The position numbers and the translations under genes were made by a program. A DNA stretch of 64,000 nt from an uncultured bacterium (GTDB taxonomy: Bacteria; Verrucomicrobiota; Verrucomicrobiia; Limisphaerales; UBA8199). Below are positions 10,634-22,467 of the stretch, in pieces (positions within the stretch are counted from its first letter, which is position 1; each line of letters begins with the position of its first letter). The notes under the pieces are model-generated. The model was not told the origin of the DNA. It did no database searches and was given only the letters and a program-made list of their open reading frames with translations. The stretch spans positions 736,001-800,000 of the forward strand of contig CAVVMW010000001.1 in the NCBI GenBank assembly GCA_963749495.1. The letters run 5' to 3'.

Positions 10634-11031
10634 GGGAGGAGGCGGGGGTCCTGGTCCTTGTCCTCGGCGTCTTCGGGAGCGGCCAGGGAAGTCCGCTCCA
10701 ACTCTTTGAGGATTTCAAGCACCCGGTTGCCGCGCGCGATGGATTCGTCCATGAGGAACCTGAGGGTGGGGGTGTATTTGAGGACCACGGCGCGGCCGAC
10801 CAGGCCCTGGATGCGCTTGCGATGGCGGCGGAGCAGGGAGAGGCCGCGCTTCTGCTGGTCGGCGTTGCCCAGGATGCTAATGAAGACGATGGCCGAATGG
10901 AGGTCGCCGGCGACATCGACATCGTTGACCGTGACCAGGCCGGCCTCGCTGACGGGGAACTCGCGGTGGATGACCTGGCCAATCTCGCGCCTGAGCAACT
11001 CGCGCACTCGTTGGAGTCTCAATGAGAGCAT
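10630..11031 (-). CDS. rbfA: Ribosome-binding factor A
   Basis: RLQRVRELLRREI, VTVNDVDVAGDL, LKYTPTLRF.MDES; follows infB. Confidence 0.95.
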   Translation of the reverse strand: MLSLRLQRVRELLRREIGQVIHREFPVSEAGLVTVNDVDVAGDLHSAIVFISILGNADQQKRGLSLLRRHRKRIQGLVGRAVVLKYTPTLRFLMDESIARGNRVLEILKELERTSLAAPEDAEDKDQDPRLLP

Positions 11032-11037
11032 GATGGG

Positions 11038-13692
11038 TCACAGGTTTTGCACTATCTTCTCCATGGTATAGCACTCGATGTTGTCCCCCGTCTGGAACTC
11101 GCCGAAGCCCTCGATGCGGATGCCGCACTCCATGCCGGCGCGGACCTCGTTGACCTCGTCCTGGAATCGGCGCAGGGACTGGGCCAGGCCCTCGTAGATG
11201 ATCTCTTTGCGGCGGCGCAGGCGGACCTTGCCCTTGACGATGCGCCCGCTGGTGACCATGCAGCCGGCGACGGGCGCGCCCTTGGACAACTGGAAGACCT
11301 TGCGCACCTCGGCCACGCCCAGGGTCACGTCCTTGAGCAGCGGCTCCAGCAGGCCGGCCATGGCCTCTTTGACCTGGTCGATGAGTTCGTAGATGATCGC
11401 GTAGAGCTTGATCTGGATGCCTTCGTGCTTGGCCTTGTCGGCCACGCCGCTGTCCACCCGCGTGTGGAAGCCCAGGATGACGGCCGCGGAGGCAGAGGCC
11501 AGGGCCACGTCGGATTCGGTGATGGTGCCGACGGCGCTGTGGATGATTTCGAGCGAGACCTTTTCGGACTCGATCTTCTTGAGGGCCTCGACGATGGCCT
11601 CGACGCTGCCCTGGGCATCGGCCTTGACGACCACCCTGAGGACCTTCGAGGTGCTGGAGGCCAATTGGGCAAAGAGATTCTCGAGGGTGACCTTGCCGCG
11701 GGAAGGCTCCTGGCCCAGGGCCTTGGCCTCCATGGCCCGTTGCTCGGCCAGTGCGCGCGCCGCCCGCTCATCCTCGACGACGCTGAATTCGAGGCCGGCC
11801 TCGGGGACGCCGTTGAGGCCCAGGACCCTGACAGCGACGGAGGGGCCGGCTTCCTTGAGGCGCTTGCCTTCCTCGCTGATGAGGGCGCGCACCCGGCCGT
11901 AATAATGGCTGCAGATAATGATGTCGCCCACGCGGAGGGTCCCCTTGCGGACCAGGACGGTGGCGGTGGGCCCGCCCGGTTCGAGGCCCGACTCGATGAC
12001 GTTGCCTTTGGCGCGGCGGTTCGGGTTGGCCTTCAATTCGAGGAGATCGGCCTGGAGCAGGATCATCTCGATGAGCTTCTCGACGTTCTGCTTCATGAGG
12101 GCGGAGACCTCGACGAAGATGGTGTCGCCGCCCCAATCATCGGGGACCAGGCCCTTGTCCTGGAGTTGCTGGCGGACCTTGAGGGCGCTGGCGTTGGGGT
12201 GGTCCATCTTGTTGACGGCGACAAGGATGGGGACCTTGGCGGCGCGGGCGTGGCTGAGGGCCTCGAGGGTCTGGGGCATGACGCCGTCGTTGGCGGCCAC
12301 GACCAGGACGACGATGTCGGTTACGTTGGCCCCGCGGGCGCGCATGGAGCTGAAGGCGGCATGGCCGGGGGTGTCCAGGAAGGTGATCTGGGCCAGTTCC
12401 TTCTTCCGTTCGGGATGGGGGAACGAAATCGTGTAGGCGCCGATGTGCTGGGTGATGCCGCCGGCCTCGCCGGCCGCCACATTGGACTTGCGGATGACGT
12501 CCAGCAGGGTGGTCTTGCCGTGGTCCACGTGGCCCATAATGGTCACCACCGGCGCGCGCGCCACCAGGTCGGCCGCCTTGTCCTCGACATCCAGCTCCAC
12601 CTTCCGGCTCGGGGCATGGACCAGCCCGCTGCCGCGCTCGCGCTTCTCCACCTCCAGCCGGCACCCGTACTTGGCGCAGATCTTTTGGGCGACGCCTTCT
12701 TCGATCGGCTGGTTGACGGTGGCGAAGACACCCAGTTCGATGAGGTCGGCAATGACCTTGAAGGGCTTCTGCTTGAGTTGCTCGGCCAACTCACGCACGA
12801 CGATGGGCGGCTTGATGGAAACGACTTGGGCGTCGGCAGGCAACACCACCTTCGGAGACTCGGCGGCTTTCCCAGCGGACCCCTTTTGCTGAGGGAACCT
12901 GGCGCCGGGGATGGCGGGACCCGAGGGTGGAGCCGGCCCGCGCACACTGCGGATGTCGCCTCGTTTGGTGAACTCGGTCCTCCTGGGCTCCGCCTGGCGC
13001 TGAGGCGGCTTGGGGCTGCCGGCCTTTTCGGCGGTTCTTGCGCCGGGCTTGGGCGGCAACTGAATGAAGCCGACTTTATCGCCAATCTTGGGCGGCGGCG
13101 GGGCGGGCGGCGGCGGCGGTTGCGGCACCGGTGGCGGGGCAACCGGGGCAGGGGGGGCTTGGACTTTGGCGACGACCGGTTCGGGCGCCGGACCCGGCGG
13201 GGCGGGCGGGGCGGTGGGCGGTTGGCCGACGGGAGTAGCAGGGGGCGGCGGTGCTTCGACTGCCGGCGCTTGGGAGGGCGCCGGCGTGGGCGTTACAGGA
13301 ACCGGCGCCAGGATTCCGATGCCCGGGACCGGAGGCGGCGCGGCAACGGGCGCGGGGGTTTGACGGGCCTCGACAGGCGGTGGAGGGGCGGTAACGATAG
13401 AAATGGTTTCGGCGACCGGCCCGGCAGGGACTGGTGTGGCAATGGCAGGGGCGGCCTCGGGCGGCGGTGCCGGTTCAGGTGTGGGCGCGGGCGGGAGGGG
13501 CGGCGGTGCCGGTGGGGCCAGGAAGCGCGGGTGCGTGGCCTTGATCTGGTCTTCGAGATACTCGGCAGTGATCTTATCCAGCGAACTCGAGGCCACCCGC
13601 GCGCCGATAATGCCCAGTTCTTTGGCTTTGGCCAGAACCTCTTTGTTCTCCAAGCCGAGTTTCTTTGAAATGTCGTAAATCCGAACGGGCAT
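11038..13692 (-). CDS. infB: Translation initiation factor IF-2
   Basis: [36 protein letters not shown]; Pro/Ala-rich N-terminal linker. Confidence 0.98.
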   Translation of the reverse strand: MPVRIYDISKKLGLENKEVLAKAKELGIIGARVASSSLDKITAEYLEDQIKATHPRFLAPPAPPPLPPAPTPEPAPPPEAAPAIATPVPAGPVAETISIVTAPPPPVEARQTPAPVAAPPPVPGIGILAPVPVTPTPAPSQAPAVEAPPPPATPVGQPPTAPPAPPGPAPEPVVAKVQAPPAPVAPPPVPQPPPPPAPPPPKIGDKVGFIQLPPKPGARTAEKAGSPKPPQRQAEPRRTEFTKRGDIRSVRGPAPPSGPAIPGARFPQQKGSAGKAAESPKVVLPADAQVVSIKPPIVVRELAEQLKQKPFKVIADLIELGVFATVNQPIEEGVAQKICAKYGCRLEVEKRERGSGLVHAPSRKVELDVEDKAADLVARAPVVTIMGHVDHGKTTLLDVIRKSNVAAGEAGGITQHIGAYTISFPHPERKKELAQITFLDTPGHAAFSSMRARGANVTDIVVLVVAANDGVMPQTLEALSHARAAKVPILVAVNKMDHPNASALKVRQQLQDKGLVPDDWGGDTIFVEVSALMKQNVEKLIEMILLQADLLELKANPNRRAKGNVIESGLEPGGPTATVLVRKGTLRVGDIIICSHYYGRVRALISEEGKRLKEAGPSVAVRVLGLNGVPEAGLEFSVVEDERAARALAEQRAMEAKALGQEPSRGKVTLENLFAQLASSTSKVLRVVVKADAQGSVEAIVEALKKIESEKVSLEIIHSAVGTITESDVALASASAAVILGFHTRVDSGVADKAKHEGIQIKLYAIIYELIDQVKEAMAGLLEPLLKDVTLGVAEVRKVFQLSKGAPVAGCMVTSGRIVKGKVRLRRRKEIIYEGLAQSLRRFQDEVNEVRAGMECGIRIEGFGEFQTGDNIECYTMEKIVQNL

Positions 13693-13821
13693 AAATCTCT
13701 AACACTGCTGGCCTGAGCCGCCGGACGGCCTTCATAGGTTTGATCCTAACAGGTCCAAGCTCATTGTGCCAGCCACATACCGTCACCGTTTTCCGGCGCG
13801 GGCGCACGACAAAATCCTTCG

Positions 13822-13878
13822 CTGCCGCATAAATGCGGCGTTCCGAGGCGAACCGGAACGCCGCATTTATGCGGCAGG
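13822..13878. repeat. Short REP palindrome pair between nusA and infB
   Basis: CTGCCGCATAAATGCGGCGTTCCG ... CGGAACGCCGCATTTATGCGGCAG. Confidence 0.8.
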
Positions 13879-13953
13879 CGGGCGCCCTGGAAGAAATCTG
13901 TCGTGCGCCCTCCGGCGCCACAAGGCGCCAAATACCAAAAGCCAGTCTCTGTA

Positions 13954-15233
13954 TCACCCTGAAACCGGGGCCTCTCCGACCTTCAGGGTGCGGCGCGCGG
14001 CCTCGGCGCGCGCCGCCTCCATAATCGCGGCCGCGTGTTCAGCCAACTCGGGTATATCGGCCAGATCGCTCTGCTCGGCCCCCAGGACATCCTCCAACCG
14101 CGTCAGGCCATTGTGCACCAGCAGATCCGCCTGCTCCCGCGTAATCCCGGGGATGGCCGCCAGCGATTCGACAGCCTCAGCCACTTTCTCTTCAAAACCT
14201 TTGGTGACCACCACTTCGGCTCGATATCCACCTGCCAGCCCGTGAGCTTGGAGGTCAGGCGCGCATTCTGGCCGCGCTTGCCGATGGCCAGCGAGAGTTG
14301 GTCCTCGCTGACGGTGATGCGCACGCGCTTATTGGCCTCGTCCACGTTGAAGGCCTTGAGCTTGGCCGGCGCCAGGGCGTTGGTGATGAACATCTTAACG
14401 TTCGGGTCCCAGCGGATGATGTCCACCTTCTCGTTGTTGAGTTCGCGGACAATGTTCTTGACCCGCTGGCCGCGCAGGCCGACGCACGCGCCAACCGGGT
14501 CAACCTTGTCGTCGCGGGTCCAGACGGCCAGCTTGGTGCGGAAGCCGGGTTCGCGGGCGATGCCCTTGATTTCGATGGTGCCGTCGCTGACCTCGGAGAC
14601 TTCCAACTGGAAGAGCTTGAGGACGAAACGGGGGTCGGCGCGGGAGAGGATGATCTCCGGGCCGTGGATGCCTTGCTCGACAGCTTTAACGTAACAGCGG
14701 AGCCGCTCGCCCACCTGGTATTCCTCCGTGGGAACCCGTTCCCGGTTGGGCAGCAGGGCCTCGTACTTGCCCAGGTCCACGAGCACGTCAGAGCGGTCGA
14801 ACCGCCGGACAGTGCCGCTAATGAGATCGCCGACGCGGTCCTTGAACTCGGTAAAGATGAGCTGCTTCTCGGCCCGGCGGATGTGCTGCATCAGCGCCTG
14901 TTTGGCATACTGGGCGGCGATGCGCCCGAAACCGATGGGGGTGACCTCGACTTCGAGCTCCTCCCCAGCCTGGGCGTCGGCCTTGATGCGGCGGGCGTCG
15001 AAGACAGAAATCTGGTCGTGCCTCGAACTGACTTTCTCCGAGACGACCAGCTTGGCAAAGGCGCGGATGTCCCCCGATTTCTGGTCGATAGCGACGCGCA
15101 ATTCACGGGCGGGACCGATTGCCTTCTTTGCGGCCGTGAGCAGGGCCTCCTGTACGGCGCCAACCAGGACATCCCGATTGATGCCCTTCTCACGCTCCCA
15201 GAATTCCAACACTGCTAAAAAGTCGGCGTTCAT
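13954..15233 (-). CDS. nusA: Transcription termination/antitermination factor NusA; 1-nt frameshift near 14217
   Basis: FGRIAAQ, AREPGFRTK, DPVGACVG, LAIGKRGQNARL; C-terminal HhH part continues in ORF 13954-14214. Confidence 0.95.
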
Positions 15234-15385
15234 ACAAGTCTCGACGGTCCTGCTGGGGGAACAAAAAAGTCGGCAGATGAGACTCTTCCGACTTTGGCGC
15301 GCTGGCGGGCCAGCAATATACCGTTCTAGAGAGAATCTAAGATTTTAATCAGAAACAGTCAAGCCCGATATTTAGCGGGTCTCCC

Positions 15386-15497
15386 GGAGTTGCGCCCGTC
15401 CCCGGGCGCAGCGACGTCCAAAACCGGGGCAGCAGTCAAACACTCCAGCGCGCCCGCACGTTCCGCCGCTGCTGCGCCCGGGGACGGGCGCACTCCG
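15386..15497. repeat. REP-like palindrome
   Basis: GGAGTTGCGCCCGTCCCGGGCGCAGC ... GCTGCGCCCGGGGACGGGCGCACTCC. Confidence 0.75.
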
Positions 15498-15583
15498 GGG
15501 GCACTGTCAGGCTGCCCCCGATGAGGGTGCTGGGCGGCGAAACTGCTTTACAATCCCTCCCACCCTGCTTCAAGCTCAACGGT

Positions 15584-15958
15584 ATGACACAACCGCTCGC
15601 GCTCATTCTCTACGAGAAGCTGCTGCCGGGCAGCCAGGTTGTCAACCGGCTGCAGGACCTGGGCTATCGGGTCCAAGTCGTTGCCGACCCGGCGGCCGTG
15701 ACGGCGTGCGCTGAGCAGTCCAAACCGATGCTCGTGCTGGCGGACCTCAACTTCACCAAGACGGATATCTGCGCCGCCCTGGCCACGCTCCGCAACCACG
15801 CGCCCACCCGGCACGTCCCGGTCATCGGCTTCGGCGGGGGCGACAACTCGCAGGTCCAGGCCGCCGCCCTGGCCGCCGGGGTGACTCTGGTCGTCAGCGA
15901 GGCGGCCATCCTGCACCACCTGCCCGAGTGCCTGGACCAGGCCCTGCAGGTGGAGTAG
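15584..15958 (+). CDS. Single-domain receiver-like (CheY-fold) protein
   Basis: LQDLGYRVQVV, PMLVLADL, PTRHVPVIGF; acidic pocket and Lys degenerate. Confidence 0.7.
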   Translation: MTQPLALILYEKLLPGSQVVNRLQDLGYRVQVVADPAAVTACAEQSKPMLVLADLNFTKTDICAALATLRNHAPTRHVPVIGFGGGDNSQVQAAALAAGVTLVVSEAAILHHLPECLDQALQVE

Positions 15959-16039
15959 GGGGGCCTGGTCCGACCCGTCAGACGCGTCAGACGCGTCCGA
16001 CTCGCCGGACCCTGCGAGGTATCGAGGCACACTCCACGC

Positions 16040-16068
16040 CTTTCACGTTTCACGTTTCACGTTTCACG
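16040..16068. repeat. Heptamer tandem array (TTTCACG)x4
   Basis: Read directly; the same unit recurs at 23550-23594. Confidence 0.9.
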
Positions 16069-16104
16069 CTGGTTCCGGGGGCGCGTATCGCCTACACTCC
16101 AGGC

Positions 16105-17265
16105 ATGGTTGATCGGCCGCCGCCAGTCACCAGCCTCTACGTGCACGTGCCCTTTTGCGCGCGCAAGTGCGGGTATTGCGCCTTTTACTCGGAGGCATCC
16201 ACGGCTCAGTTGATGGAGCGTTGCGTCAGGGCGCTGATTGGGGAGTTGGAGGGGGTGGCGGCGGACCTGGAGCCGCGCACCACGTTCTTTGGCGGGGGCA
16301 CTCCCACGCTGTTGAACCTGCGGCAGTGGGAGCGAATCCTCGCCGCCATGGACCGCCTGGGCCTCGGTGGCGCGGCGGAGTGGACAGTCGAGTGCAATCC
16401 CGCCACCTTGTCGCTCGACAAGGCCAGGTTGTTGCGCTCCGGCGGGGTCAACCGGATTTCCATGGGGGTCCAGTCGCTCGACCGGGCCCTGCTCCAGCGG
16501 TTGGGCCGGATTCACTCCAGGGCGATGGTTTTCAAGTCCTTCGACATCCTCCGGCAGGCGGGCTTCGAAAACGTGAACCTGGACCTCATGTTCGCCATCC
16601 CGGGCCAGACACTGGAGGTGTGGCGGCAGACCCTGCGCGAGGCCCTGGCCCTGGGCAGCGAACACCTCTCCACCTACGAGGTCATTTGCGAGGAGGACAC
16701 GCCGCTCTATGAACAATTGCAGGCGGGTCAATTCGCGGTGGATGAAGACCTGGCCTGCGCGATGTACGACGAGTTGGTTGAGCGGGCCGCCGGCGCCGGG
16801 TTTCAGCAATATGAAATCGCCAACTTCGCGCGGCCGGGGCGGGCAGCCGGCGAGGTCCCGTCATTCGCCTGCGGCCACAATGTAAACTATTGGCGCGGCG
16901 GAAGCTTTTACGGCGCGGGGCCCAGCGCCACCAGTTACGTGAGGGGCGTGCGGACCAAGAACTGGTCGAACACGCAGCGTTATTGCGAGTTAATCGAGCG
17001 TGGCAACGGGGCGCAGGAGTCGCGCGAGGAGTTGGCGCCTCTGGCGCGCGCAGGGGAAACGGCGGCCTTCGGGCTGCGGATGGTGGCGGGTTGGCCCTTC
17101 GAGCAGTTCCGGCGCGCGACCGGGCACGACCTGCGCGGCGAATGGGCTGGGGAGATGCGGCAGTTGGTGGAGCAGGGGTGGGGCCGGCTCGGGCCGGACC
17201 GCTTTCAACTCACACCGGCAGGGCTGCGGTTTGCCGACGCCGCGGCGCAGCAGTTTCTGCGGTAG
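16105..17265 (+). CDS. hemW: Radical SAM heme chaperone HemW (HemN-like)
   Basis: LYVHVPFCARKCGYCAF, FGGGTPT, NRISMGVQS, YEIANF, HNVNYW. Confidence 0.92.
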   Translation: MVDRPPPVTSLYVHVPFCARKCGYCAFYSEASTAQLMERCVRALIGELEGVAADLEPRTTFFGGGTPTLLNLRQWERILAAMDRLGLGGAAEWTVECNPATLSLDKARLLRSGGVNRISMGVQSLDRALLQRLGRIHSRAMVFKSFDILRQAGFENVNLDLMFAIPGQTLEVWRQTLREALALGSEHLSTYEVICEEDTPLYEQLQAGQFAVDEDLACAMYDELVERAAGAGFQQYEIANFARPGRAAGEVPSFACGHNVNYWRGGSFYGAGPSATSYVRGVRTKNWSNTQRYCELIERGNGAQESREELAPLARAGETAAFGLRMVAGWPFEQFRRATGHDLRGEWAGEMRQLVEQGWGRLGPDRFQLTPAGLRFADAAAQQFLR

Positions 17266-18194
17266 GAGGGGCGTGGGCGCCGGCGGGCGCGAAACAAAAG
17301 AGTAACCACCTCGTGAAGGGCCTCCACGATTTTGAGATCGCGCATTGGGACCATGAACCGGGCGGGCATTGCCCGGCGCGAAGCGTTTTGGACTGCGGCA
17401 GTCCTCTGCCGCTTTTTGGAGCCAGGGGACGCGAAAGCGCCAGAGGACTGGCGCGGTCCAAGACCTAGCGGGCTTGGGGTCGGTTCATCGAGAGGCCACC
17501 GTAGCGGCGGTTCCCTGGGAGTGCCGTTGCACCCAGACCGACCCGACTTCTCGATTCTTTGTTTCGGTCTGTGGTTCTCCCGGCGAAATCTGGACCCTGT
17601 AGGCATCGGTGGGGCCCAGCCATGGAATGAGGAATTCCACATGGCCTTGGGGCGCCGCCGCCGTTCCGTTAAACAAGACTGGCAAAGTGGCGACCGCGCT
17701 GCCCCCGTTCTCGGGAATTTGCTCCCCCTTTATCTGGACCGCTTCTGCGCAGGCCAGAAAGGGCAGGGCGTCAAGGTGGTCCAGGCGCACCATCACGCGC
17801 AGTCAATTGTCACCGTCTCGCTCAGCCGGTCGAGGCCTCCGCCATCGTCTCGGACCACGTCGCCCGAAACGTCGCGCACAAGCGGGCCATTTGCTCCGAC
17901 TGCAGTTGCAAGGATGCATTCTGCGTTCGGAGTTCGGTTTGCGCCTGATGTTGAATCAGGCCATAGGCCGCTAGGCCGCCCATCAGAACGAGGGCAAGCA
18001 TCCTGGCATTGAGTCGGCTCACGGTTATGATCTCGATGAGGGCCGGCGGGAGTGGGTGCTCCCGTTCGGGCCGCTTTTGTTCCTGGTTGGGAACGGTTGT
18101 CCGTTGTCCGGATTGCGCAGAGGGGCAGCTTTCACGCCAAGGGCAAGGATGCAGCGCCAACGGCGCGGCCTCATACCTGGGGCAACGCCCTGCT

Positions 18195-18392
18195 CGCGCG
18201 CGTCGCGGAGCGACGCAGTGAAGGTAGCCGTGGACCTCGGTCCACGGTTTGCGGCCTGGGAACGCTCCCGCGTCGCGTAGCGACGCCTGACGGCCTCGCG
18301 GTTTTCAGGCGTCGCTACGCGACGCGGTCAAGCTTGGGCCATGGGTCCGTGGACTGGAAGTCCACGGCTACCATCGGGCACCGCTACGCGGT
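18195..18392. repeat. REP-like palindromic element, copy 2
   Basis: Same architecture as 1330-1530. Confidence 0.85.
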
Positions 18393-18470
18393 GAGCCGGA
18401 CGCCAGCGCGAACTCCCCAGGGCTGTATCGCTTTCACCCACGGCCTCCCGCTTTTTGGACAGGTCCTTGC

Positions 18471-19202
18471 TCAGTTCACGCGTTCCGCGATCTGGTAGCG
18501 GAACATGCGCTTTTTCATCCAGCGCACGGCCAGCAGGTCGTAGAAGGAGGCGAAGAGCCGGTTCCAGACGCCATAGTGGCTTTGGCCGGCCAAGCGCGCG
18601 TTGTGGGCGACGGCAATCTCGGTGACCGTGAAGCCCTCGATCTTGACGAGGGTGGGCAGGAAGCGGTGCATGCCCTTGAAGAACTTGAGGTTTTCGATGC
18701 ACTCGCGTTTGAAGAGGCGGTAGCAGCAACCGGCGTCGCTGATCTGCTCGCCGGAGAGGCGGTTTCGGACCCAGTTGGCAATGCGCGACGAGGCGACGCG
18801 GATGAAGGTGTCGCCCTGGCCGCGGGTCTGCACGCGCGTGCCGCAGGCGCAATCGTAGTGCTCGAGGGCGTCGAGGAATTTCGGGATGTCTTTGGGATCG
18901 TTCTGCAAATCGGCATCGAGGGTGAGCAGGTAGCGGCCGCGCGCGGCCTTGAGGCCGGCCCACATTGCCGCGCTCTCCCCGCAGTTGAAGCTAAACCGCT
19001 GGACCCGGATGCGCGAGTCGCCCGTGGCCAGTTCCTTGAGGATCGCCCAGGAATTGTCCCGGCTGCAGTCGTCGGTGATGACAATCTCGTAGGCAAGCTT
19101 GAGCGGCTCGACCGCCTCGCGAATCGCCCCGATCAACGGGCGCAAATTGGCCTCTTCGTTGTAACAGGGAATGACCAGGCTAAGCGTTGGAGAGGGGGGC
19201 AT
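18471..19202 (-). CDS. Glycosyltransferase family 2 (DPM/ArnC-like)
   Basis: SLVIPCYNEE, DDCSRD, TLDADLQNDP, GMHRFLP. Confidence 0.92.
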   Translation of the reverse strand: MPPSPTLSLVIPCYNEEANLRPLIGAIREAVEPLKLAYEIVITDDCSRDNSWAILKELATGDSRIRVQRFSFNCGESAAMWAGLKAARGRYLLTLDADLQNDPKDIPKFLDALEHYDCACGTRVQTRGQGDTFIRVASSRIANWVRNRLSGEQISDAGCCYRLFKRECIENLKFFKGMHRFLPTLVKIEGFTVTEIAVAHNARLAGQSHYGVWNRLFASFYDLLAVRWMKKRMFRYQIAERVN

Positions 19203-19238
19203 GACGAATGACGAATGACGAATGACGAATGACGAATG
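19201..19238. repeat. Heptamer tandem array (ATGACGA)x5 running into the GT2 start codon
   Basis: Read directly. Confidence 0.9.
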
Positions 19239-19410
19239 TTTTTGTTCGGCTATGCATTTCCAAGCCGAGGCGGAGTGTAAAGGGGCCGCCGGCGGGCAAC
19301 CAGACAAAAGAAATGACTTTCCCATCAATGACCTTGCCTGCTCCCCCCGAACCAAATGGTTGTGCCTCGTTGCGAAAATCTCTTGAAATCCTCAAGGCAC
19401 GGTTTAGCCT

Positions 19411-20499
19411 TTGGCCATGCGAAACCCGAATCGAGTGAGTGTTCCGAAGCCGATCCGTTGCGAGTCGTTGTTCCTGCTGCTGCCGGCATTGTTGCTCCTG
19501 CCGGGGGCGGGCGTGGGCAACGCCCAGACGCCGCTGCGCCAGCAGTTGCAGGCGCTGCCCTTCAAAATCGCCCATGAATGCTACGTGGATGGCAACTGGG
19601 AGATCTTCGTGATGAACGCCGACGGCTCGCAGCCCGTGAACCTGACGCGCACGCCCAACGTACACGAGCATTACCCGCAAATCTCGCCCGACGCCGCGAA
19701 GATGGCCTTTGCGGTCGATCAAGGGGATGGGCGCGAGGCGGTCCGCAGCTTGTGGGTCATGGACATTGACGGCCGGAACCGGAGGAAGCTGGCGGACCAC
19801 GCGCGGGAGGCCTTCTGGAGCCCGGATAGCAAGGTCATCGGTTTCTTGCCGCAGGAGTTTCCGAAGTTCAACGTGATGGATTATTCCACCAAGGGCATGA
19901 GTTTCTGCGACCTGGCGACGGGCAAGGTCGAGCCGCACGTCAACAGCGCCAACCTGCACCATCTCTATAACCCAAGCTGGTCGGCCAACGGCAAATGGAT
20001 AACCGCCACGGTCCACGCCGGGATGGGGGTGGACCATGCCATCCTGCTCATCGAGGCGCGGGGCGACCGGGTCATCAACCTGAAGATCCCCGGCTGCCGC
20101 CCCTGCTTCAGCCCGGATGGCAGGCAGATCGCCTGGGGCGCCGGCGACCACGAGATCGGCGTGGGCTCGATTGACCTGGACGCCGACCCGCCCGTCATGG
20201 GTCCGTGGCGCGTGCGCGTCAAAGACGCGGTCAATGAGACCTACCACGTCAACTGGTCGCCCGACAGCCGGTTTCTCTGCTTCAGCCGCGGCCCCGCCAG
20301 CAAAGGCGACCCCACCAAGGCGGGGACCTTCCTCTCCGCGTGCGAAATCGTGGGCGTTTATGCCGCCGATTGGAACCTCTGCGTCGTCTCGGCCGAGCGC
20401 CAAGGCACGCTCGACCTGGGCGCCTGCTCCGACTCGGACTTCGCCATGCTCACCACCAACGGGCTGAGCAACAAGGAGCCGGCGTGGTTTCGAAAATAA
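19411..20499 (+). CDS. Secreted TolB-like/PD40 beta-propeller protein
   Basis: Signal peptide; EIFVMNADGS, SPD, WSPDS, PSWSANG, FSPDG repeats. Confidence 0.85.
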   Translation: MAMRNPNRVSVPKPIRCESLFLLLPALLLLPGAGVGNAQTPLRQQLQALPFKIAHECYVDGNWEIFVMNADGSQPVNLTRTPNVHEHYPQISPDAAKMAFAVDQGDGREAVRSLWVMDIDGRNRRKLADHAREAFWSPDSKVIGFLPQEFPKFNVMDYSTKGMSFCDLATGKVEPHVNSANLHHLYNPSWSANGKWITATVHAGMGVDHAILLIEARGDRVINLKIPGCRPCFSPDGRQIAWGAGDHEIGVGSIDLDADPPVMGPWRVRVKDAVNETYHVNWSPDSRFLCFSRGPASKGDPTKAGTFLSACEIVGVYAADWNLCVVSAERQGTLDLGACSDSDFAMLTTNGLSNKEPAWFRK

Positions 20500-20952
20500 A
20501 GGCTAAAGGCTAAAGTGCGGAGCGCCAGGGCCGAAGGCCCGTCATGTGATAGCCCGGGCTGGAGCGGAGCGGAGGCCCGGGTAAGCGAATGCCCCTCGAA
20601 AGCGCCCCCGGCCTGCAAGCCCGGGACCCCTTGCCCGGCAATCCGAGTCTTGTGGCGCCCTCCCCATGAACCGACCCCAAACCCGAAGGTTTTGGACTGC
20701 GGCAGTCCAAAACGCTTCGCGGGACGGGAACGCAGTGTCGAGGTTCAGCGGCGCAAAGCGCGAATTCGTTCCGGGAATTTTTACAGGGCGCGGGCGGCCA
20801 TGGGCCGATGACCTGGGCCTCCGCTCGCAAGCTCGCTCCAGCCCAGGCTCTCACATTTCGGGCTTTCAGCCCGAGGACGGGCGCATTCCGGGGGGAATGT
20901 CTGGATGCACCCGCTATCCCCGTTCACACCCCCGCTCTCCACGCTCTGACAC

Positions 20953-20990
20953 TTTAGCCTTTAGCCTTTAGCCTTTAGCCTTTAGCCTTT
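20953..20990. repeat. Heptamer tandem array (TTTAGCC)x5 just upstream of gatA
   Basis: Read directly; inverted partner AAGGCTAAAGGCTAAAGTG at 20499-20517. Confidence 0.9.
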
Positions 20991-20997
20991 CGGCCTC

Positions 20998-22467
20998 ATG
21001 CTCAATCAACTGACCATTTCTGAGCTGGTGGACAAACTACGCAGCGGCCAGACCACATCGAGGGCGGCCATGGCGGCCTGCCTGGAACGGATTCGGAGTG
21101 TGGACGGGCGGCTTGGGGCGTTCATCAGTTATGATGAAGCGGATGCGTTAAGCCAGGCGGGGGAGGCGGACCGGGCGCTGGCGGGGGGACAGACCCACGC
21201 CGAGCGGCCGCTGCTGGGGGTGCCGATCGCCGTCAAGGACGTCATTGCGGTCAAGGGCCAACCGCTCAATTGCGGTTCGAAGATCCTCGGCCACTACGTG
21301 TCCCCGTTCGACGCAACGGTGATCGAGAGGCTCAAGGGGGCCGGGGCGGTGATCTTTGGGCGGCTGAACATGGACGAGTTTGCCATGGGCAGTTCGACGG
21401 AGAACTCGGCCTTCCAGGTCACGCGCAATCCCTGGGACGAGTCGCGAGTGGCGGGCGGTTCCTCCGGCGGTTCGGCGGCGGCGGCAGCCGCCGATGAATG
21501 CCTGGCTGCCCTGGGCTCGGATACGGGCGGTTCGATTCGCCAGCCGGCATCGTTTTGCGGGTGCGTGGGGCTCAAGCCCTCTTATGGCCGGGTCTCGCGT
21601 TACGGGTTGGTGGCGTATGCCTCGTCGCTGGATCAGATCGGCTGCCTGACCAAGGACGTGCGGGACGCGGCAGCGCTGCTGGAAGTGATTGCCGGTGCGG
21701 ACCCTCGCGATTCGAGCAGCGTGCCCCAACCCGTGCCGGCCTACACCGCCGGGCTGACGGGCGAAATCAAGGGTCTGAAGCTGGGCCTGGCCAAGGAATA
21801 CATGGTGGGCGGCCTGGACGCGCAGGTCAAGGCGGCCATCAACGGCGCGGTGCTGCAACTGGGGCGGCTCGGCGCGGAAGTGATCGAGGTCTCGCTGCCC
21901 CACACCCAGTACGCTACGGCTGCCTACTACATCATCGCCACCGCCGAGGCCAGCGCCAACCTCGCCCGGTTCGACGGCATACGCTACGGCGCCCGGGTCG
22001 AGGGCGCGGACCCCATCGAGCTTTACGGCAAAACGCGCGGGGCCGGGTTCGGCGACAAGGTCAAGCGCCGCATCCTCCTGGGCACTTACGTCCTGAGCAG
22101 CGGCTACTACGACGCCTATTACCTGCGCGCGCAAAAGGTCCGCACGCTGATTCGCAAGGACTTTCTGGAGGCCTTCGAAACGGTGGACGCCATCCTCACG
22201 CCGGTGGCCCCCACCCCCGCGTTCAAGATCGGCGAAAAGTCCGATGACCCGCTGCAGATGTATTTGTCCGACATCTTCACTATTTCGTGCAACCTGGCCG
22301 GCCTGTGCGGCATCAGCGTGCCTTGCGGTTTCACGCCCCCTTGCGATACACCCGAGGGGCCTCGGCCCAGGTTGCCCGTCGGCCTGCAACTGCTCTGCAA
22401 GCCCTTTAACGAGCCAACGCTCCTGCGCATCGCGCATGCCTACGAAGTAGCGCATGGTTGCTCGTGA
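20998..22467 (+). CDS. gatA: Asp/Glu-tRNA amidotransferase subunit A
   Basis: [60 protein letters not shown]. Confidence 0.97.
   Translation: MLNQLTISELVDKLRSGQTTSRAAMAACLERIRSVDGRLGAFISYDEADALSQAGEADRALAGGQTHAERPLLGVPIAVKDVIAVKGQPLNCGSKILGHYVSPFDATVIERLKGAGAVIFGRLNMDEFAMGSSTENSAFQVTRNPWDESRVAGGSSGGSAAAAAADECLAALGSDTGGSIRQPASFCGCVGLKPSYGRVSRYGLVAYASSLDQIGCLTKDVRDAAALLEVIAGADPRDSSSVPQPVPAYTAGLTGEIKGLKLGLAKEYMVGGLDAQVKAAINGAVLQLGRLGAEVIEVSLPHTQYATAAYYIIATAEASANLARFDGIRYGARVEGADPIELYGKTRGAGFGDKVKRRILLGTYVLSSGYYDAYYLRAQKVRTLIRKDFLEAFETVDAILTPVAPTPAFKIGEKSDDPLQMYLSDIFTISCNLAGLCGISVPCGFTPPCDTPEGPRPRLPVGLQLLCKPFNEPTLLRIAHAYEVAHGCS

Noticed and set aside
11047..13668. 873-aa plus-strand ORF and similar long antisense ORFs (9509-11071, 27228-29099, 28928-30745, 32362-33984)
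   Set aside because: Shadows of real genes on the opposite strand, as expected from high-GC codon bias
15234..15583. Expected rimP upstream of nusA
   Set aside because: No such ORF; the spacer holds only a hairpin and a REP
17600..18030. Minus-strand remnant with a hydrophobic stretch and coiled-coil-like segment
   Set aside because: Broken across frames with no motif I can assign
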